Source: Candidatus Binatia bacterium | GTDB lineage: Bacteria > Desulfobacterota > Binatia > Bin18 | Length of the DNA: 64,000 nucleotides | Direction of reading: 5' to 3' | Assembly: GCA_963664395.2 (NCBI GenBank) | Contig: OY761159.2 | Span: 2,208,001 to 2,272,000 of the forward strand | In this document: positions 31,435 through 41,204 of the stretch, one piece after another | Position numbering within the stretch: position 1 is the first letter of the stretch | How the letters are laid out: every line of letters begins with the position of its first letter | Notes under the pieces: model-generated | Database searches by the model: none | The model's input: only the letters and a program-made list of their open reading frames with translations | Told to the model about the DNA's origin: nothing | Made by a program: the position numbers and the translations under genes

Positions 31435-31731
31435 TTAGGGGACGAGATCTACTCCGCCGGGGTGCCATGGGTGGCATTTGGCTAAGCGTCGAATTGTGAA
31501 CGTAAGCCCCCTGCGAGCCCCATGCTTTCGTACTGCGTCAATAGCGTACTGAGAGCAGCTTGGATAGAAACGACATGCCGGGCCGAGCAGGGGAGAGATG
31601 AGAAGGCGATAGCTCTTGAGTCCTCCTACCAATAATATCTGACACAGCCGAGATATCCGAGATATCCGAGATATATCGGTCGCACATGACGAGAGGGAAA
31701 AATGAGAGATTTCATTCAGTGCATTGAGCAA
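31435..31731 (-). CDS. yidD: Membrane protein insertion efficiency factor YidD (start uncertain)
   Basis: [19 protein letters not shown]...[10 protein letters not shown]. Confidence 0.9.
   Translation of the reverse strand: MLNALNEISHFSLSSCATDISRISRISRLCQILLVGGLKSYRLLISPLLGPACRFYPSCSQYAIDAVRKHGARRGLTFTIRRLAKCHPWHPGGVDLVP
31648..31674. repeat. 3 x 9-bp tandem repeat CCGAGATAT in the yidD 5' region
   Basis: Three perfect units, encoding ISR-ISR-ISR. Confidence 0.85.
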
Positions 31732-32242
31732 TGGGAAGCACCCTCTCTAGTTCGGTAACGATCTGCACAAAGGACAACTCCTGTGCGCGAGATTTAGGAA
31801 TAATGAGGATATCATGCGTCGGGGATATAAGCGCCTGCCGAACTCGAAAGAACTCGCGCAACTTTCTTTTCATCTTATTCCGAATAACGGCATTTCCATA
31901 TTTCCGTGAGGCCGTTATCCCAAGGCGTGGACGATCTGTACCAGCAGGCGAAGTAATCACAACGAAATTGCGACTATACCGGCGTTCTCCACGTCTCTGG
32001 AGCGCGAGAAATTCTTGACGGACGAGCAGACGCGCCGCTTTGGGAAACGTGTGCCGGACAGTGCGCGAAGCTAGCGCCGCGCCGGCTTGAGCGGTGTCCG
32101 TACACTGAGGAGTTTGCGTCCTTTTGCGCGGCGCCGCTTGATGACGGCACGACCCCCGGCTGTCTTCATCCGAACGAGAAACCCGTGCGTGCGCTTTCGA
32201 CTGATATTGCTTGGTTGATAGGTCCTTTTCATCGATATTCAT
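31712..32242 (-). CDS. rnpA: Ribonuclease P protein component, apparently N-terminally extended over rpmH
   Basis: FPKAARLL...[28 protein letters not shown]; the only canonical in-frame start before the core is ATG 32242. Confidence 0.88.
   Translation of the reverse strand: MNIDEKDLSTKQYQSKAHARVSRSDEDSRGSCRHQAAPRKRTQTPQCTDTAQAGAALASRTVRHTFPKAARLLVRQEFLALQRRGERRYSRNFVVITSPAGTDRPRLGITASRKYGNAVIRNKMKRKLREFFRVRQALISPTHDILIIPKSRAQELSFVQIVTELERVLPIAQCTE
32071..32232 (-). CDS. rpmH: 50S ribosomal protein L34 (53 aa; not in ORF track)
   Basis: Manual translation [42 protein letters not shown]. Confidence 0.96.
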   Translation of the reverse strand: MKRTYQPSNISRKRTHGFLVRMKTAGGRAVIKRRRAKGRKLLSVRTPLKPARR

Positions 32243-32301
32243 CCGTTTCTAGAGTGCCATATTCTGGTGGTCATCCATATCACCATACCGTTACCGAGAT
32301 G

Positions 32302-33315
32302 TCAATTTTCCCTTTGTGGAAACTCGGCCTTCACCTGACGCGCCAACAAGTCTGCGACAACCTGCGTGGGCTGTTTGCCAGAATACACGAGCGCAGATAT
32401 CTGCTCCACAATAGGCATGTCAACTGCCAGACGCTGGGCTAAATCAAGAATCGAGCGACAATTGCGGATGCCTTCTGCAATTGTTGTCACAGTCCGCTGA
32501 ACGGCTTCCAACGACTCTCCTTTTCCGAGCCGAATGCCGACGGTTCGGTTGCGGCTGAGGTCACTCGTGCACGTGAGAATAAGGTCCCCCATGCCAGATA
32601 AGCCCGATAAAGTTTGTGGATTTGCGCCCATCCGAGTTGCCAGACGCACAACCTCAGCCATGCCACGCGTGATCAAGGCTGCCCGCGCGTTATACCCGTA
32701 GCCTAATCCATCACTCACTCCGACAGCCAGGGCAATCACATTCTTGACTGCGCCGCCAATCTCAGCCCCAATCACGTCCGTTGTGGTGTAGACGCGGAAT
32801 GTTGGAGCCGAAAACAGTGCTTGGACTATCTGGGCGACTGTCTGGTCCTGGGCTGCCACTGTCACAGCGGTTGGAAGCCCGCGCGCTACTTCTGCGGCAA
32901 AACTGGGACCTGAGAGCACGGCGATCTTGGACGCGAATCGTGTGGGGAGTGTCTGTGTGAGGACGCCACTCATCGTCTGGAGAGAGCCCTGCTCAATGCC
33001 TTTACTCGTGCTGACGAGAAGTGGCGTTGTCGTCAGCAGTGATCCCAGCGCTGAGGCGATGGAGCGGACCGCATGGGACGGAACGGCGACAACAAGAACC
33101 TCAGCTCCTGTGACTGCTGCCGAGAGCTCTGCTGTAAAGCAGAGCGTCTCCGGGAGCCGCACACCCGGCAGATAGTCCGTATTCTCTCTCGTTCTTTCAA
33201 TTTCCCGGGCGAGTAACTCACGCCTGACCCACACCTGGGCAGCATGTCCGACTGAGTCTAAGAGACAAGCAAGGGCGGTTCCCCATCCCCCACCCCCAAT
33301 AACAGCAACTCGCAT
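32302..33315 (-). CDS. gpsA: NAD(P)H-dependent glycerol-3-phosphate dehydrogenase
   Basis: GGGGWGTALA, SGPSFA, KNVIA, GDLILTC...SRN. Confidence 0.96.
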   Translation of the reverse strand: MRVAVIGGGGWGTALACLLDSVGHAAQVWVRRELLAREIERTRENTDYLPGVRLPETLCFTAELSAAVTGAEVLVVAVPSHAVRSIASALGSLLTTTPLLVSTSKGIEQGSLQTMSGVLTQTLPTRFASKIAVLSGPSFAAEVARGLPTAVTVAAQDQTVAQIVQALFSAPTFRVYTTTDVIGAEIGGAVKNVIALAVGVSDGLGYGYNARAALITRGMAEVVRLATRMGANPQTLSGLSGMGDLILTCTSDLSRNRTVGIRLGKGESLEAVQRTVTTIAEGIRNCRSILDLAQRLAVDMPIVEQISALVYSGKQPTQVVADLLARQVKAEFPQREN

Positions 33316-33350
33316 AACTACTTAGTAATCACGTCACGAACAGGGAGCCT

Positions 33351-34118
33351 TCAAGCCGGCTGCCAGCCTATGACGCTGAGCTGGCGTCCGGCTTGAGACC
33401 CCTCTCTTCGGTATGAGGTAAACTCGTCCGGATGGCAAAATGTACATGATCCAACACATTGAATCTGCTTATTCGGAACCCCGGCCCGGATCAATTGCAT
33501 ACGGTTTATCGCACGGAGGTCGAGATATCCCTTTTCTCCTTGCCGATTCCAGGTCGTACGCTGTCCATCCCCCCAACGCTCAAAGAGTGGCTCTCCTATG
33601 TCACATCCGACCTGATAACAGCACCCGCCAATTGACGGACCCAAAGCGACCCAGAGCTGAGTAGGGGCGACGTCCCATTGTTCGGCGCATATTTCGACTG
33701 CGCGGAGGGAGATTACCTCCTTCGTGCCTCTCCATCCAGCGTGAAGGGCACCAACACCCCTTTGGTGTGGTGCAACGAGGAGAACCGGTACACAATCTGC
33801 GGTCTTGATACCAAGGAGGACGTTTTGCTCAGTCGTGAGCATACCATCTGCTTCTAACGCATTTGCCATTCTCCCTCTTCCAATATGTATGATTGTATTC
33901 CCATGAACCTGCGTGAGGGTATGGAATGAAGAGCCCGGGGCTCCCAAAGCAGCGCCTATTGAAGCCGCCTTGGTTTTGAGGGCTGTCGGTAAGCGTCGGG
34001 AAAAACCGTGAATAAGACCGTGAAAAGTACTCCACGCCTCGGCCCGAATCCACAGCCCCTGCTCGCGCCGATCTTTTGGGTCTGGCACTGATTTATGCAG
34101 AGGCCCGGGCTGATTCAT
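33351..34118 (-). CDS. pgeF: YfiH/PgeF family protein
   Basis: QVHG, ADG, TADCVPVL, HAGWRG, GPSI..CCY, SYRR. Confidence 0.9.
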   Translation of the reverse strand: MNQPGPLHKSVPDPKDRREQGLWIRAEAWSTFHGLIHGFSRRLPTALKTKAASIGAALGAPGSSFHTLTQVHGNTIIHIGRGRMANALEADGMLTTEQNVLLGIKTADCVPVLLVAPHQRGVGALHAGWRGTKEVISLRAVEICAEQWDVAPTQLWVALGPSIGGCCYQVGCDIGEPLFERWGDGQRTTWNRQGEKGYLDLRAINRMQLIRAGVPNKQIQCVGSCTFCHPDEFTSYRREGSQAGRQLSVIGWQPA

Positions 34119-35433
34119 GGTCTTCCCCTCCCTTCTCGATAAGGGCGAGCGTTTCGACCTGGTCTGTATGCGGAAACATATCGAATGGTTGTACCCGTCC
34201 GACGGCATAGCCGGCGTGTGAGAAACGATCCAGGTCTCGGGCAAGCGTCTTGGGAGAACATGAGATATAGAGCAGTGTGGGTGCGTTCGCTTCTATGACA
34301 GAGGAAAAAGCCTCGGGGCTCAGTCCTGTACGAGGCGGGTTGAGCACAATCCTATCGATGGATGGAAGGCTGGTTGCTACCTCTTCTATCTTCCGCGCTG
34401 CATCACCATGAAAGAAACGGGTATTGTGATAGCCGTTGCGACGAGCGTTTTCTTTTGCAACGTTCACGGCCCGTTCATTTTCCTCAACGCCGACAACGAG
34501 CTTGGCCTGCGAGGCAAAATAGAGGGCAATCGGACCGATTCCGCAGTACACGTCAAGGACGATTTCCTGTCCGGTCATATTGCCCCAGCGTACAGCGGTT
34601 TCGTACAGGCGCTTTGCCATAGGTGGATTGACCTGAGAAAAGATGTCAATAGGGATGCTGAGACGTAAATGCCCTATTTGTTCGAGCAAAGAGTCCCGAC
34701 CCCGCAAGGGGCGAAAGCGTTTCCCCCATATGACGTTCCCCGGCTGGTCGTTGATATTATGGACAATGCCACTCAAAAAAGGAAACCGTCGTTCAAGCTG
34801 GCGGGTCAAATCCTGCACCTGGGGAAAGTGCATATGGCGAGTCACCAGCAGCAGGAGTACCTTCCGCTGCCAAAAACTATAGCGCAGGTCAATATAGCGA
34901 AGCTGGCCCGTATCCCGCTCCTCGTTATACGGCACAATATGAAGATGTTCGATTTCGCGTTTGAGAAAGGCGACGACCTGGTTAATCTCTTTAGGGTGAA
35001 CCGGACACGCTGAGATGTCAAAAACCTTATGTGTTTCAGGGATATACAGACCAATCAGGGTTTGCCCTTTGACGCCCCGCACGGCCAATTTGACGCGCGA
35101 GCGGTAGCCAAACTTTTTGGGAGAAGCAACTGGAAGAGGAACACTGATAGCACTGAGCGACGAAAATTCAGCAAACGCCTCCCGCACTATGGCTTGTTTC
35201 CTCTCAAGTTGCTGCTCATAGGGAATCGAGACAAAGGGGCAGCCGTAACAGTGAGGAGCATGCGGACAGGGTGGTTTCCAGCTAGGCGGGCCGCCAAAAC
35301 TTCTGTTTGGACGCGGCGGACGAGCGTCATTTTTCCCGCGTCCGTTACCCGGCTGTGAGAACCGACGTGGACGCTGTGAGCGGGCGTTGCCCTTGCGAGG
35401 TGTGGACGGCCGTGAGGTTTTGTGTTCTGTCAC
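34093..35433 (-). CDS. rlmD: 23S rRNA m5U1939 methyltransferase (RlmD/TrmA family)
   Basis: CPHAPHCYGC Fe-S motif, FSQVN, DVYCGIG, NPPR, YISC, DMFPHT. Confidence 0.9.
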   Translation of the reverse strand: MTEHKTSRPSTPRKGNARSQRPRRFSQPGNGRGKNDARPPRPNRSFGGPPSWKPPCPHAPHCYGCPFVSIPYEQQLERKQAIVREAFAEFSSLSAISVPLPVASPKKFGYRSRVKLAVRGVKGQTLIGLYIPETHKVFDISACPVHPKEINQVVAFLKREIEHLHIVPYNEERDTGQLRYIDLRYSFWQRKVLLLLVTRHMHFPQVQDLTRQLERRFPFLSGIVHNINDQPGNVIWGKRFRPLRGRDSLLEQIGHLRLSIPIDIFSQVNPPMAKRLYETAVRWGNMTGQEIVLDVYCGIGPIALYFASQAKLVVGVEENERAVNVAKENARRNGYHNTRFFHGDAARKIEEVATSLPSIDRIVLNPPRTGLSPEAFSSVIEANAPTLLYISCSPKTLARDLDRFSHAGYAVGRVQPFDMFPHTDQVETLALIEKGGEDHESARASA

Positions 35434-35586
35434 CGTGGCAGACTACAAAGCCTTCCCCTGGGTGTCAACAGAATGAGGCCCGCAGGTTAGCGTAGCGTCA
35501 CCCGATAACACCCTACCCGGCCAGGTGGTCATCGGCTGGAACCGGCACGGCACCTTCGGAAACCGGGAGGCCGTGCGGCACTGCCC

Positions 35587-35970
35587 TCACCGCGCACGGG
35601 GGCTTTGCGGTTCTCCAGGTCGTACGCGGCGCAAGAATGCATACAGTATCCAGGCCGGCACGCTGATGACCATAGCATAGACCGCGATCGCCACGGGGCC
35701 GAGCAGGCCCGCGAACAGAGACGACACCGCAGTCACGGGTGCCAGCACGGCAAATACTGCCCAGGCCACACCCGGATATCCCGTCCGCCGGAGCCGGCCA
35801 CAAACCAGCGCCAGCGGCAGGCCACAAGGCGCCGTCACGGCCAGCGACAGCCAAGCATACAGCTCCACCGGCCACGGCAGGCCACGGACCAAGGCGGTGG
35901 CGGCAATACCGGCCGGCAGCCACAACAAGGAAAGCAGGCCGAACGTAAGGCGGCGCGTTATCGTCGGCAT
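35587..35970 (-). CDS. Small multi-pass membrane hypothetical protein
   Basis: 127 aa with about 4 hydrophobic segments; GC-richer than its neighbours. Confidence 0.55.
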   Translation of the reverse strand: MPTITRRLTFGLLSLLWLPAGIAATALVRGLPWPVELYAWLSLAVTAPCGLPLALVCGRLRRTGYPGVAWAVFAVLAPVTAVSSLFAGLLGPVAIAVYAMVISVPAWILYAFLRRVRPGEPQSPRAR

Positions 35971-36143
35971 TCATCCATCATACACCCCCGTCCGTCATGC
36001 GCCAGAAGGCTTCGCGGCGGGTTCTGCGGCGCTGTCAAGAGAGCGGTGGCTACGGGACGCAGCTTGGTCAAGATTCGGTGTTGAACTGGGTGTTTTTGAC
36101 CCGAAGGAGGCGAGAAGGAAGGTGAACGCTAGAGCTGGCTCGC

Positions 36144-37232
36144 TCAAGAAGCAGGCCGGTGCAAGTACCCGATAATTTCGGTCGCACTCAAAAACTCAAA
36201 GCGCGTTTTTCCAATATCTTCTATACATACGAATTTGACTTTTCCAGCAGTGACCTTTTTGTCTGCTTCGACCCCTATCCGGAGATGCTCTTGTGCAAGA
36301 TCCTGTGGGATGTCGACTGGTAAGCCGGCCTGTTTGATCAGGCGCACAACACGGTCACGTACTGCTGGCCGACACAGCCCCCGTTGTTGTGACAGGTGGG
36401 TGGCGAAAATCATACCCAGCGCAACCGCTTCGCCATGCAAAAAGCATTTGTAATTGGTTGCGCTCTCAATCGCGTGTCCCATGGTATGACCGAAGTTGAG
36501 AATCGCTCGATAGTCCCCTTCGGTTTCGTCTTCTTCCACGACTAATGCCTTGAGCTGACAGCATGTTTTGACAATTGAGGCCAAGAGAGCCGAGTTGACG
36601 CTCAGGAGTGCTGCCAGCTCTTCCTCAAGCAACCCGAAGAGTTCCGGACTCAGAATAACACCATACTTGATGACTTCTGCTATCCCTGCCACGAATTCAC
36701 GCTTTGGGAGCGTCTTGAGGGTTGCGACATCAGCCAAGACCATGCGGGGCTGGTAGAAGGCGCCGATCAGATTCTTCCCAGCCGGATGGTTGACCGCCGT
36801 CTTACCGCCAACACTCGCGTCAACCTGGGCAAGGAGGGTTGTCGGGATTTGGATAAATGGAATTCCACGCTGGAAGGTTGCCGCTGCAAAGCCAGTAAGG
36901 TCTCCAACGACCCCTCCACCCAGGGCGATTAAGGGCGAATTTCGCTCAATGCGTCCCTCAACGAGTTTGTCATAGAGAAAGGTCAGCCATGCCAGGTTTT
37001 TGTGTTCTTCGCCCGCAGGAATTTCAATCACCACCGGCTCGAATCCTTCTGCTGTGAGGATGCTGATAACCGGATCACGGTAGTGTTTGCCGACATGAGA
37101 GTCCGTTATCACGCCGATCCGGCCAGCGAGGAAATTCTGCTGTTTCAGCAATTGACCCAGTGCTCTTAGAATGCCTGACCCGATGTGGATAGGGTATGAG
37201 CGCGCCCCGAGGTTCAGTGTGAGCGTATCCAT
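36144..37232 (-). CDS. aroB: 3-dehydroquinate synthase
   Basis: GGGVVGD, PTTLLAQVDASVGGKT, LNFGHT.GHA, HGEAV. Confidence 0.97.
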   Translation of the reverse strand: MDTLTLNLGARSYPIHIGSGILRALGQLLKQQNFLAGRIGVITDSHVGKHYRDPVISILTAEGFEPVVIEIPAGEEHKNLAWLTFLYDKLVEGRIERNSPLIALGGGVVGDLTGFAAATFQRGIPFIQIPTTLLAQVDASVGGKTAVNHPAGKNLIGAFYQPRMVLADVATLKTLPKREFVAGIAEVIKYGVILSPELFGLLEEELAALLSVNSALLASIVKTCCQLKALVVEEDETEGDYRAILNFGHTMGHAIESATNYKCFLHGEAVALGMIFATHLSQQRGLCRPAVRDRVVRLIKQAGLPVDIPQDLAQEHLRIGVEADKKVTAGKVKFVCIEDIGKTRFEFLSATEIIGYLHRPAS

Positions 37233-37244
37233 ATCGGCTGTTTG

Positions 37245-37778
37245 CTATACGGTGAAGCTTTCTTGGGCCAAGGCTGCCAGCGTGGTCTCCACAACCGCAT
37301 CCGGGCCTACGCCCGAAGTATCAATAGTGATATCAGCGCGTGCGTAGGCTTCTGCTCTGTCTGCCAGCAGATGTTGGATCTTTTCGAGAGGATTTGGTCC
37401 TTGGAACAACGGACGAGTCGTATCGCCTTGGATACGCTGAAGAATGACTTCTGGACGAGCTGTCAGACAAATGACCGGGCCGCTCGCTTTCAGGGTTGCC
37501 GCGTTTTCTCTATCCACAATGGCTCCGCCGCCCGTGGCGATTACCATCCCCTTTTCTTGACAGGCTTGCGTGAGAGCTCGCTTCTCCCGTTGACGGAAGA
37601 CTGCTTCCCCCTCAGTGGCAAAGATCTGAGCGATCGGCATATTTGCTTCATGCTCAATACAGGAGTCCGTATCAATAAACCTGCGGCCGAGTCGTTTTGC
37701 CAGCCGTCTAGCGACTACGCTTTTTCCTGTCCCCATAAAGCCAACAAAAATAATGTTGCGTCCACGCCCGGCGAACAT
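37245..37778 (-). CDS. aroK: Shikimate kinase
   Basis: GFMGTGKS, FRQRE, ATGGG, RPL. Confidence 0.95.
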   Translation of the reverse strand: MFAGRGRNIIFVGFMGTGKSVVARRLAKRLGRRFIDTDSCIEHEANMPIAQIFATEGEAVFRQREKRALTQACQEKGMVIATGGGAIVDRENAATLKASGPVICLTARPEVILQRIQGDTTRPLFQGPNPLEKIQHLLADRAEAYARADITIDTSGVGPDAVVETTLAALAQESFTV

Positions 37779-37799
37779 TATAATGTCTCATACGTTCGA

Positions 37800-38492
37800 G
37801 AGTACGACTTGTGTGCTAGCCAGGGAGTTTTGCCGTGGTCAACCACCACCCAACCACAACCTCTTTCATCGACTGCGGCCTGAAGAGCGCCGACCCCAGC
37901 AGCCCATTCAGGACGCGGTCCCACTAAGCAAAACTCCCTGGCCCTCGCGGCATTGCCGCCCTCTCCACCACCCCACCCCAAATGTCGCCCTGCTTATTGT
38001 CTCTAGCGGACCAGAGCGTGAAAAGTTTTTCTTTGATCAATGCCTTGTATAGTCTTTGGATAGTCTATTGTTCCTCACGTCATTCCAATGAGTTTTTTGT
38101 ATAGGGGCGGATGGGGTATCCACCCCTATATTCGTCTCTTCATTTCTACCACTACCTCACCACGGTACCCCACCACTGATAGAGACGCCCGGAGGCTCGA
38201 GGCCAAAAAATATCCATTCCTCGCTACCACCCCATCACCCCACCACCACATCCATACTTGGCGTCCAAGCCTCCGAGTGTCTCTACCCTCATCAAACGAA
38301 TTCTTTCCTTCCCCACATCCTCTATGTGTGAGAAACCCACAGGTCTAAGAACTCCCCCAGCACGTCTTCCACCCCACCACCCTTGAGCTCTTAGACTTCT
38401 AGGTTTTTCGATTCTTCCACCACCACCCACATCCTCCAAAATCTTTACAGCCCAAATCTCCATGGCGTAGAGCCCTACACAAATTTTCTCAC
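37800..38492 (-). pseudogene. aroC: Heavily degenerate second chorismate synthase (aroC remnant)
   Basis: Minus-strand translation of about 37850-37995: KQGDIWGGVVE...PRGPGSFA*WDRVLNGLL.SAL...QSMKEV, matching the AroC GDxxGGvvE...GSxxxWDRxLdgxL..ALmsiqsxKgV region; ETLG further upstream; syntenic pilQ-aroC-aroK-aroB position. Confidence 0.65.
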
Positions 38493-40661
38493 TTACGGAC
38501 CGGCCTCGCCAATTGGACGATCTTCCCACAATTGACGGGCCGACGGTAAACTCGCGGTTGATACCCCGGCCACGATTTTCGGGGTGAGAAAGATCAGGAG
38601 TTCATCCTTGGTTCTTCGGTCCGCTTTCCCCCTAAACAGCCAACCAATTCCCGGTGTTTCGCGCAGGTAGGGAATGCCACTTTCTCGGTGATCCAGATTA
38701 TCTTGGAGAATACCGCCTAAGACAAAGGTCGCTCCTGCGCGTATTAAAACTTGCGAATTCGTTGTGCGCGAAAGGACATCCGGAATACGTGGGACGGTGG
38801 AAGAATCTGCGGTCGTTGTGACGCTCGAATCCGCCAACTCACTACTCTCCGCCTCAATATCCAGCAGAACGAATCCATCGGAAGAGATTTGCGGGGTCAC
38901 CTTCAGGGTAATGCCAACATCAAATTTTTCAAACGCCTCCCCACCTCCGGACGTTCCGGCCCCGCCCACAGTCAGGTTCCCGGAAGTAACCGGCACGCGC
39001 ACTTCTCTCCGTGATTTAATGAGTGCTTCACCATTATTGAGCGTCACGACACGCGGCCGCGAAACCACGCGGGCCTTCCCTTCTGCCTCAAGCGCACTCA
39101 GGCGTGTATGGAGTGTATGTGTTCCATCAAGAGAGCCGAGAAAGAGGTCCAGGGTCGAAGCGCCGACCGTAGCAGGAAAGTTTGCAATAAAAGGAATCCC
39201 TCCAGTTCCCGCGGCGCCAGTCCCCCCAACCCCAATCCGTCCGGGGAAATTGAGACCAGTTGGCTTCCCTGTCTCGGGGCCGGCTGCATATTGATAGCCC
39301 CACTGAATTCCGAGCGAGCGGTTAATGTTTTCCCTTGCGGTGACGATATACGATTCGATAAGAACCTGTGGCGTCTGAATATCGATATTCTCAATCAGCT
39401 CTTGCACTGCCTCGATATTTTCGCGGACATCACGCATAATGACGATGTTTGAGGTTCCATCGGCGGCAATCGTGCCTCGTGGCGACATGAGGGCAATCTG
39501 CGGTCCTTCCCCTCCACTCCTGGGCGTATATGAGCTTTTGGCTCCCTCGGCGGAACCGCGTGGTTCGGCCTGGCGGCCAATTAAGCCGGCAATGTCTGTG
39601 GCTTTGACATAGTTGACTTTGACGTAAACGGTTTCGAGGGGAGCGAGGTGCTGTTCCGCTTCCTGAGCCTTGAGCCGCGCGTTGCGTTCCGCTTCCAAAC
39701 GTTCCGTGGTTGAAATGGTGACTACATTGCCGGACTGCACTCTCTTCAACCCGTTGGCATGAAGGACAACGGCGAGGGCCTGGTCCCACGGAACATCGAC
39801 TAAGCGGAGTGTGACCCGCCCTTTCACATCATCTGTAGAAACGAGATTCAATCCGCTGACATCGGCCAGGATGCGCAAGATATCGCGAATATCCGCATTC
39901 TTGAAATGGAGTGATATTTTTTGTCCGCTATACTGTGGCTGAGACGGGGCAGGCTTCTCTGCTCGAAGATGCGTGCCGGAAGATGAAGCTCCCGCAGTAT
40001 CAGGTACGAGTGGACGGGATTCGGGAGCCGGCGCGGTCGGTTCCTCTTTTGCCTCCGCAGGAAGGAGCTCATCCGCATGAGGCGTCAAAAGAGTCTGGGG
40101 AGTCTGGGCTAACTGAGTAAGGTTGGCATTCTCGGCAATGAAAAGAATCTGGGCGTCCCCGTGTTTCGCGCCGGCCGGTTCGCTTTTCTGACCAATACGG
40201 GCGGTCAGAATCGTAGCGTTACTGTCAACGGAAAACGGAGGGGCCTCGTCTAGCGCCAAGTCTACAACGAGACGCATGCGGCCCGCAGAACTGCTCACTC
40301 GAACGGTCTCAATCTGAGGATCGTCCGCTTTATACGTTGCGACCTGAGGCAGCGCCTCAATTGGGCCGGTAACATCAATGACAATACGACTCGGCTCGTG
40401 GAGGGGGAAGTACTTGAGGTCTTCCGGGGGGCGAGAGAAGCGAAACATGATATTCCGTTGCCCAGTATCCGTAATCACACGTATCTCGTGAAGCTGGAGT
40501 GGCCCTGTATACGTCGGTGTGGGAACCGGCTTTGTCAGCGGTGACAAAGGCCCTCCCGTCAAACTCCGTGACTGAGACGTACAGGCCCCAGCAGTCAAGC
40601 AGACCCATAACGGGACTGCTATTTTTATAGTGTGTCTGTCTAACAAGCTCCGCATCCCCAC
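38493..40661 (-). CDS. pilQ: Type IV pilus secretin PilQ
   Basis: AMIN-like N-term, ISLHFKNADI, VPWDQAL, QVLIE, secretin C-term ELLIFLTP. Confidence 0.93.
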   Translation of the reverse strand: MGMRSLLDRHTIKIAVPLWVCLTAGACTSQSRSLTGGPLSPLTKPVPTPTYTGPLQLHEIRVITDTGQRNIMFRFSRPPEDLKYFPLHEPSRIVIDVTGPIEALPQVATYKADDPQIETVRVSSSAGRMRLVVDLALDEAPPFSVDSNATILTARIGQKSEPAGAKHGDAQILFIAENANLTQLAQTPQTLLTPHADELLPAEAKEEPTAPAPESRPLVPDTAGASSSGTHLRAEKPAPSQPQYSGQKISLHFKNADIRDILRILADVSGLNLVSTDDVKGRVTLRLVDVPWDQALAVVLHANGLKRVQSGNVVTISTTERLEAERNARLKAQEAEQHLAPLETVYVKVNYVKATDIAGLIGRQAEPRGSAEGAKSSYTPRSGGEGPQIALMSPRGTIAADGTSNIVIMRDVRENIEAVQELIENIDIQTPQVLIESYIVTARENINRSLGIQWGYQYAAGPETGKPTGLNFPGRIGVGGTGAAGTGGIPFIANFPATVGASTLDLFLGSLDGTHTLHTRLSALEAEGKARVVSRPRVVTLNNGEALIKSRREVRVPVTSGNLTVGGAGTSGGGEAFEKFDVGITLKVTPQISSDGFVLLDIEAESSELADSSVTTTADSSTVPRIPDVLSRTTNSQVLIRAGATFVLGGILQDNLDHRESGIPYLRETPGIGWLFRGKADRRTKDELLIFLTPKIVAGVSTASLPSARQLWEDRPIGEAGP

Positions 40662-40689
40662 ATCCTCATCCTTTTAGGACACTGCTCTC

Positions 40690-41199
40690 CTACCTGTTGG
40701 TGTTGGTTCCGCCACCCGTAGGGGTTGCGTCCGCAACGGCAAGTCGTAATGCCCGTTGCCGGGTTAGGCGTTTACCGGAAAAGTCGGTCTCGTATTCTTC
40801 GATAACGACCCGTCCCGGCTCAATCGTCCGAATGACGCCACCGTTTGCGCCAATGAGGGTGCCGGCTTCGACGATGTATCCAAGGCCGTCCCTATCTTCT
40901 ATAAGCGCCTTCGGCTGACTGGCTTCCCAGATCACGCCAACCAGTTTGAGTTGCTCAAGGGGAAAGCGCTGAAGCGGTGTTGTTGCCTCGTTCACAACAT
41001 CTTGTTCCGGAGTCACGTGAAACGGAGACAAAAACGGGTCGCGTCTTCCTATCGGATCGTAAAAATAGGCGTTCTCCGCCTCTGCATTCCCTTGTGCCCA
41101 GGCGTATGCTCCGGGAGCTGGTTTCAAACCAACGAGCCCCCCTACCCAGAAGAAGAGGAAGAGTATCAAGAGGGTAGCAGTCGAACGTCCCATTGCCAT
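40690..41199 (-). CDS. pilP: Type IV pilus assembly protein PilP
   Basis: YDPIGRRDPF, PLQRFPLEQLKLVG. Confidence 0.9.
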   Translation of the reverse strand: MAMGRSTATLLILFLFFWVGGLVGLKPAPGAYAWAQGNAEAENAYFYDPIGRRDPFLSPFHVTPEQDVVNEATTPLQRFPLEQLKLVGVIWEASQPKALIEDRDGLGYIVEAGTLIGANGGVIRTIEPGRVVIEEYETDFSGKRLTRQRALRLAVADATPTGGGTNTNR

Positions 41200-41204
41200 G
41201 TCGC

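Noticed and set aside
38100-38460. CACCACCC-rich tract as a telomere-like, G-quadruplex or CRISPR-like repeat
   Set aside because: No regular period or constant repeat-spacer structure; better explained as decayed aroC or poor consensus
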